Shown here in pieces: positions 59,167 to 64,000 of a stretch of DNA of 64,000 nucleotides. A program made the position numbers and the translations under genes. Position 1 is the first letter of the stretch, and each line of letters begins with the position of its first letter. The notes below the pieces were generated by a model. The model saw only the letters and a program-made list of their open reading frames with translations, was not told the origin of the DNA and ran no database searches. This DNA is from Psammoneis japonica (Eukaryota): NCBI GenBank assembly GCA_008632985.1, contig QPGO01000101.1, forward strand, positions 62,001 through 126,000, given 5' to 3'.

Positions 59167-60345
59167 ATGAATCACAAACAGTTATTGCAAGGTTTTCAAA
59201 AGGCGTCTCTCCGACCAACAGCGACAGTAGTGCGCGGCCGCGATGGCAAAATCAAGGTCGAACGAAGTGAGCTTTTGAGCAAATCCGAAACACAAGAGCG
59301 TGTTGCCACATCCGTGGCGGCCGGAAAGCTGCGCAAAGGCCTCCCTCAACATCTTTTGGATTCACAAGACCAAGAGCATTTTCAGTTTCCAATCGAGTCT
59401 GGGCTGGTTTACGAATTCAATGATAAGGTTGGCGAAAATGGGTGGCAACGACTCGACGAAAGCTCCGATGCGAGCGACAGAATCCGAGACGAACCAGTTT
59501 TGCCTTTATCTATTCGAGTTGTTACGTTCAATGTGTGGTTTTCTGAGTATGAATGGCAGCATCGTCTTGATGGGCTTATGGCATTAATTGAAAACGAACA
59601 ACCTCAAGTGGTTTGTCTCCAGGAAGTCACGTCTCGCTTCCTCACTCGTCTCATGACGGAGTATCCTATCTCTCGACAAAGATTTCGGCTTGTCAGCTCG
59701 GTTCTCAAGAAGAGTTGGTTCGGTCTCGCCATGCTGGTACATAAGGACCTGCCGTTGGCAAGCGTTGAAATCGTTTCATTGCCGACGAAAATGGGACGTT
59801 CCGCCTTGGTTGCCTCTTTTCATGATGCTGCAAAGAAAACGACGCTTGCTATTGCTACGGTCCATTTGGAATCTCTAAAATCACGACTTATTCGCAATGA
59901 GCAGCTACAGAAAATCCACCAAACATTGAGCCGATACGATGCGGCTCTCTTGGTTGGCGACTACAACATTCTTCGCACCGGTCCATGGGCGGATGAGCAA
60001 GAGGACGACGACTTGCTCACCAACAATCTAGAGAACTTCGATGATTTGTGGCTCCAAAGTGGTAGTGATGATTTCATAGGTGCCACTTTTGACACGAGTC
60101 ATAACACCATGTTGGCACAACGCTGCCACTTTAAAGAGAGCGCCAGATATGATCGTGCTTGCCTCTACAGTGCTTCAAGAAGCGACGGGTTGGTAGGCTG
60201 GGACTGTCCTCGGATTGAAATCGTCGGACGTGAGCCCGTACAAAAGCTAGGAGCCAATGGCAATCCCATTTTCATTTCCGACCACTTTGGTCTGTCACTG
60301 GATCTTGTCCAGAAGACGACTTCTACAGGTGAGGACGAACATTGA
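59167..60345 (+). CDS. TDP2-like (tyrosyl-DNA phosphodiesterase 2-like) EEP-family protein, 392 aa
   Basis: VVTFNVWF, VVCLQEVT, TKMGRSAL, ATVHLES, LVGDYN, DLW, TFD...N.ML, RYDR and ISDHFGL. Intact, with normal TpA content. Confidence 0.85.
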   Translation: MNHKQLLQGFQKASLRPTATVVRGRDGKIKVERSELLSKSETQERVATSVAAGKLRKGLPQHLLDSQDQEHFQFPIESGLVYEFNDKVGENGWQRLDESSDASDRIRDEPVLPLSIRVVTFNVWFSEYEWQHRLDGLMALIENEQPQVVCLQEVTSRFLTRLMTEYPISRQRFRLVSSVLKKSWFGLAMLVHKDLPLASVEIVSLPTKMGRSALVASFHDAAKKTTLAIATVHLESLKSRLIRNEQLQKIHQTLSRYDAALLVGDYNILRTGPWADEQEDDDLLTNNLENFDDLWLQSGSDDFIGATFDTSHNTMLAQRCHFKESARYDRACLYSASRSDGLVGWDCPRIEIVGREPVQKLGANGNPIFISDHFGLSLDLVQKTTSTGEDEH

Positions 60346-63169
60346 TCAATTTCGTAAGTGGTCAGTCTTCTAAACATAGAAAAGTGTGGTTTGCGCCAGC
60401 TTGTTTGGAGATAGCTAGCATCATAGCTACCAAGGACGAATCGTCTTTGGGCAAGTACGAATGACAAAGATTAGTGAAAAGATCCTGTTGAAAGCCACTT
60501 CGTATTATTTTTGCTCCGACATGCGCATTGTCCGCGACCATAGAGTGCGAGAGGCTAAATTATTGTGAGCAACAGTCGCCCGCGACAAAGCGACGAACAA
60601 AGCGCGAACGAACAAATCTCGACGGTGCAATGGGGTCTCTACTAGAACAGAGGGCGTGACATGGTGCATCAAATAAGTTCAAATTAAACGCACTTTTCAA
60701 GGCACGAAATGACACCTGCCATCACAACGGACCATCCACTCCACCTTGACTTGCTTGGTCCCTGCCAGAGTGCCCTTGGCCATCAAGGAGCACTCCTTTG
60801 CTGCTCACCAACAAGCTCCAGCATGCAAAAGAAAGACATTGCAGCCAAATCATTTCACACTTCTTGGCCTAAGTGACAGATGCTTGCCACAGTCATTTTG
60901 GTGCACACTGCATGTTGCACACTTCTGGCACTCACAACCCACCGGTGCACGCCCCGCTCACAAATCTCACATGTTTGCTGGTGGCTGAGTCTCCAGGTTT
61001 CCAGATGCACATGACTCTGCATCACTGTGCCTGTTGTGCCCTGCTTCCTGTTGGTGTTGTTGCTTGCTGCCCCTCAACTCCCAGCTGGGATTGCACAATC
61101 ACACAAATCCAGCTCACAAAAATTTTGCACAATGTGCCGCCATTGCGTGCTCCACTTGGTGCCACAAGCTGTGGCACTGTGGCCTGTCCATCACCCTGCT
61201 GCACATCTTGCTGCTTTCAAAAATCCAAGCCTTGACTTGCACATCCACCCAATTCTCTTTCTGGTTCTTTTGTGTGCAACAAGTCCTTTGCAAGCCCGTG
61301 GCAAGCAAGCTGACAAAGTGAGAGTTGGCGGCTCACTCCAGGCAAGTCCCCATTTTTTGGCACAAGCAATCCATGGTGGTGAAACAATCTTTTGTGAAAA
61401 TGCTGCTGGCACTGATGATCTGTTTGCCATGTTTTTGACTTGGAACAACAAATGTCGACAATGTCACAGCACGCGTCAATGTCTTGGCATGCTTTGAAAA
61501 ATGTTCTCAATCAAAGCAAAAGGCAGAGCGTTGCCACATTGCATGACACTGTTCCTTGTTGGTCCCCACAGCCCCCCAAACAAGCCTGTTTTGTGGGAGC
61601 CTTCAATGTTGTTGTGTGTGAGTTTGCATCGCATCTCTTTCATTGGATTGTTGGGTTTCTTGAAGGTGTTGTTGTTGAGAAGTTGTTGTTTGTGTCACCA
61701 TGGTGTGATGGATGCAATTTGTTGTTTGTCACCAATGGCTGCAAACACCTTGTTTCTGTTGCACTCATCATGCACTGACACCTGCTTGCATTGAAAGCAA
61801 CAATCGCATTGCGTGTGGCAAGTGCTGTGCAGCAGGCCAGCACTGCACAGCAGTTCTGTGCCAGTGACACACGTTTGAGCAATTGCTCTGACCTGCACAA
61901 GGTTGAGTGATTGCTCGAGCATTGAGATTCATGGCGGGCTTGTGGCAAACAGGATGTGGGCAGCAGGAGCCAGAACAAAGGAAGTCAAAGCAGAAGCTCT
62001 CCGAGTTGCAAGTTGGTTTTTGAGGTTTTCAAAAAGTTGGAGGGAAGAGACAGCACCACTGTTGCTGAGCTGGCTGAGTTCAAACCTGGTGACTTTGGTG
62101 CAAAAGATGCATTTTTGACCTCATCCATGATTTCTCACATGCAGAGTCAGCGCTGGCTGTGCAGCAGCACACAGGCTGAATGCCCATTGCAAAATGGTGC
62201 AAACAAGTGTTTTGTCTCAACCTCCAAACAGCAGCTGTGGTGCACAAAATCTTCAAGATTTTGGGCAAAGCCAACCATTGTGCATTGCAACATGTGCTTT
62301 TCAGTGAAAAACATTTGAGCCAACACAGATTGTGCCTGGCACAGATTTGAGGGATTGTTTTGATTTTGTGTGGGGGACAAATCCAGCTCAAGACATTCCT
62401 TTGGTCAAGATGGACTCACAAGCCCCAGCTTGTTGTCGACCCACTGCTGAAATTGACAAAACCTCCACAGCAGCTGAAGCACATTCTTCTCCCCTAAGCA
62501 GTGCTGCAGCGGCTGTGAGTTTGGGTGCCACAGCTGCTCCAGCCCATGACCAGCTTGGCAACAGCCGGTGTGCCCTCAGCACTTCAGACACAAAAACCTT
62601 GTTGGTTGACAGAAAAGACTCTGGGTGAGCAGGCGAACAAAACAGCCACCAACAAAAAGCCAACAACCTTGAGATGCACACCACTGGTCAGATGCACAGC
62701 ACAAATCAATAAAGTTGTCATTTTTTGCATCACCGGGTGTGCTCAAATGGGCCGCCCGCCAGATCTTGGCTCCATTGAGCAGCCAGTGCCCGTGGCAACA
62801 ACCTCCTGCACATCTTAGAAGATTGTGACTTGCTTCTCATGAAGAGAGAGAGACAGAGAGAGAGACAGAGCATGGTGAGTTGATTTGGAAAACTCACCCA
62901 ATCGAGCAAACTCGCATGTCCTCCCCCACCACTCGGATCTTTTTAACACAACAACCTCAACCACGTAAACAACAACAGCCAGCCGCTGATGAAGCCACTG
63001 TCTCACTCCTGACTTCGGCCAGCTTTGTTGTGCCTGCCATTTGTCAAAACAGTTGGACAAACATCCGAACTGGCAGCCCTGCCTTGGCTGCTCTTCATTC
63101 TTTGTTTGTCACATTTGACAGAAAATCGGCTTTGCTGATTTTGTCATTTGTTCAAGAGAGAGTTGAAAG

Positions 63170-63970
63170 ACAACAATGGATGCTGCAACCAAGACCAGCA
63201 TCCCCAAATGTGCGCATTTTGATTCAACCACGGCAAATCCTTCTCAGCGGCCAAGGACACCCCTTGCCACCACCACCCAATGCATCAAGGACCATGTTGT
63301 GTCACTCCAACCTGAAACAGCCACCATCCTTGAGAAGCTTGTGCTCCAACACCTTCAACTGCAAGCCAAGGCCCACAACAAGGCCTTTCATGTCAAGAGG
63401 ATGAGAGTGACGACGAGGAGTTCATCCCCTGCTCAGCCAGAATCAATTTCGAATTTCAAATGTCAAAAGCAGCTGAACAGAGCCAGGAGTTCACAGCTCT
63501 GCAGGAGGAAACAAACAACCTCATTGCCAAAACTCAAAACGCGTTCAAAAAGCAAGCCATTGTTGCCACCAAGATCAACACAAAGTCCTTCAAGAAGAAA
63601 TTTTGGAGTTGCACGCAAAAGCCATTTGACTCGCAACAGAAAGCTTCACAGTGGCCAACAGCATCACCACACCTGTCGATGCCGCAGCAGTCACCCTCCT
63701 CAACCGCCACCATGAAACCCCGCTCAAATGCATCAAAGTCCGTGACCACAAAGCCTTCCTTGAGAAGTGCAAGACCGTGAACAATGTTGCAAACTTGCCT
63801 CAACCAATGATTGCCCCTGCTGGCAGACAACCCAGCACGCAGGAAGACAACAGTGCCAGTGAGTCCTTGTTCATGATGCAGCCACAAGCAGCTCCAACCA
63901 CTCCACAGATCTCTGCAGCCCAACAGAAAGTCAAATCCAAGCTTGACAAAATCTTCCTGAGCATTTGACT
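63170..63970 (+). pseudogene. Decayed ORF in a TpA-free tract, possibly the 5' ORF of a retroelement
   Basis: Protein-like helical frames joined across frameshifts (HVVSLQPETATILEKL...DEEFIPCSARINFEFQMSKAAEQSQEFTALQEET). No catalytic motif lies within the window. Confidence 0.35.
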
Positions 63971-64000
63971 GCATCTTTGTTTCCCCATGGAACACTCACC

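Noticed and set aside
59167..60345. TDP2-like or EEP genes as the enzymes behind TpA erasure
   Set aside because: EEP enzymes are phosphodiesterases or nucleases, not deaminases or polymerases, and physical proximity in a eukaryotic genome is not evidence.
1..64000. Classical RIP or plain CpG methylation decay as the explanation of the compositional mosaic
   Set aside because: RIP increases TpA and CpG decay leaves it unchanged. The paired sequences show TA as the ancestral state being lost, including in CpG-rich tracts.
1..64000. tRNA, rRNA or other structured RNA genes
   Set aside because: None recognised by eye; a covariance-model scan would be needed to exclude them.

Overview
Eukaryotic nuclear DNA, most likely from a pennate diatom. 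This is inferred from short GT-AG introns, PGAVAV-type membrane proteins, an RXL-motif secreted protein and diatom-like Copia ends. The window is a sharp mosaic of two sequence types. (1) Gene islands with ordinary dinucleotide content carry a GT-A-like membrane protein, a small secreted protein, UAP56/SUB2, a 4-TM protein, a PAS + pRiA4b-ORF3-like protein, three tandem PAN/apple membrane proteins and a TDP2-like EEP enzyme. (2) Multi-kb tracts of transposons, duplications and pseudogenes have lost almost all TpA dinucleotides. Several intact/decayed sequence pairs inside the window show the direction of change: TpA becomes TpG or CpA (A-to-G on either strand), so Tyr becomes Cys/His, TAA/TAG stops vanish and TATA runs become TG/CA runs. 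This resembles a repeat-targeted hypermutation system of opposite polarity to fungal RIP. It prefers TAY/RTA contexts, runs ahead of CpG decay and fades next to intact genes. I cannot tell from sequence alone whether it has been described, or which enzyme causes it. Transposons delimited by their ends are a Sola-type element (4-bp TSD), a two-gene IS630/Tc1-type element, a MULE-like element (9-bp TSD) and a MITE. Copia and DDE remnants are also present. Frameshifts at homopolymer runs in UAP56 suggest long-read assembly errors. All alignments and counts were made by eye.
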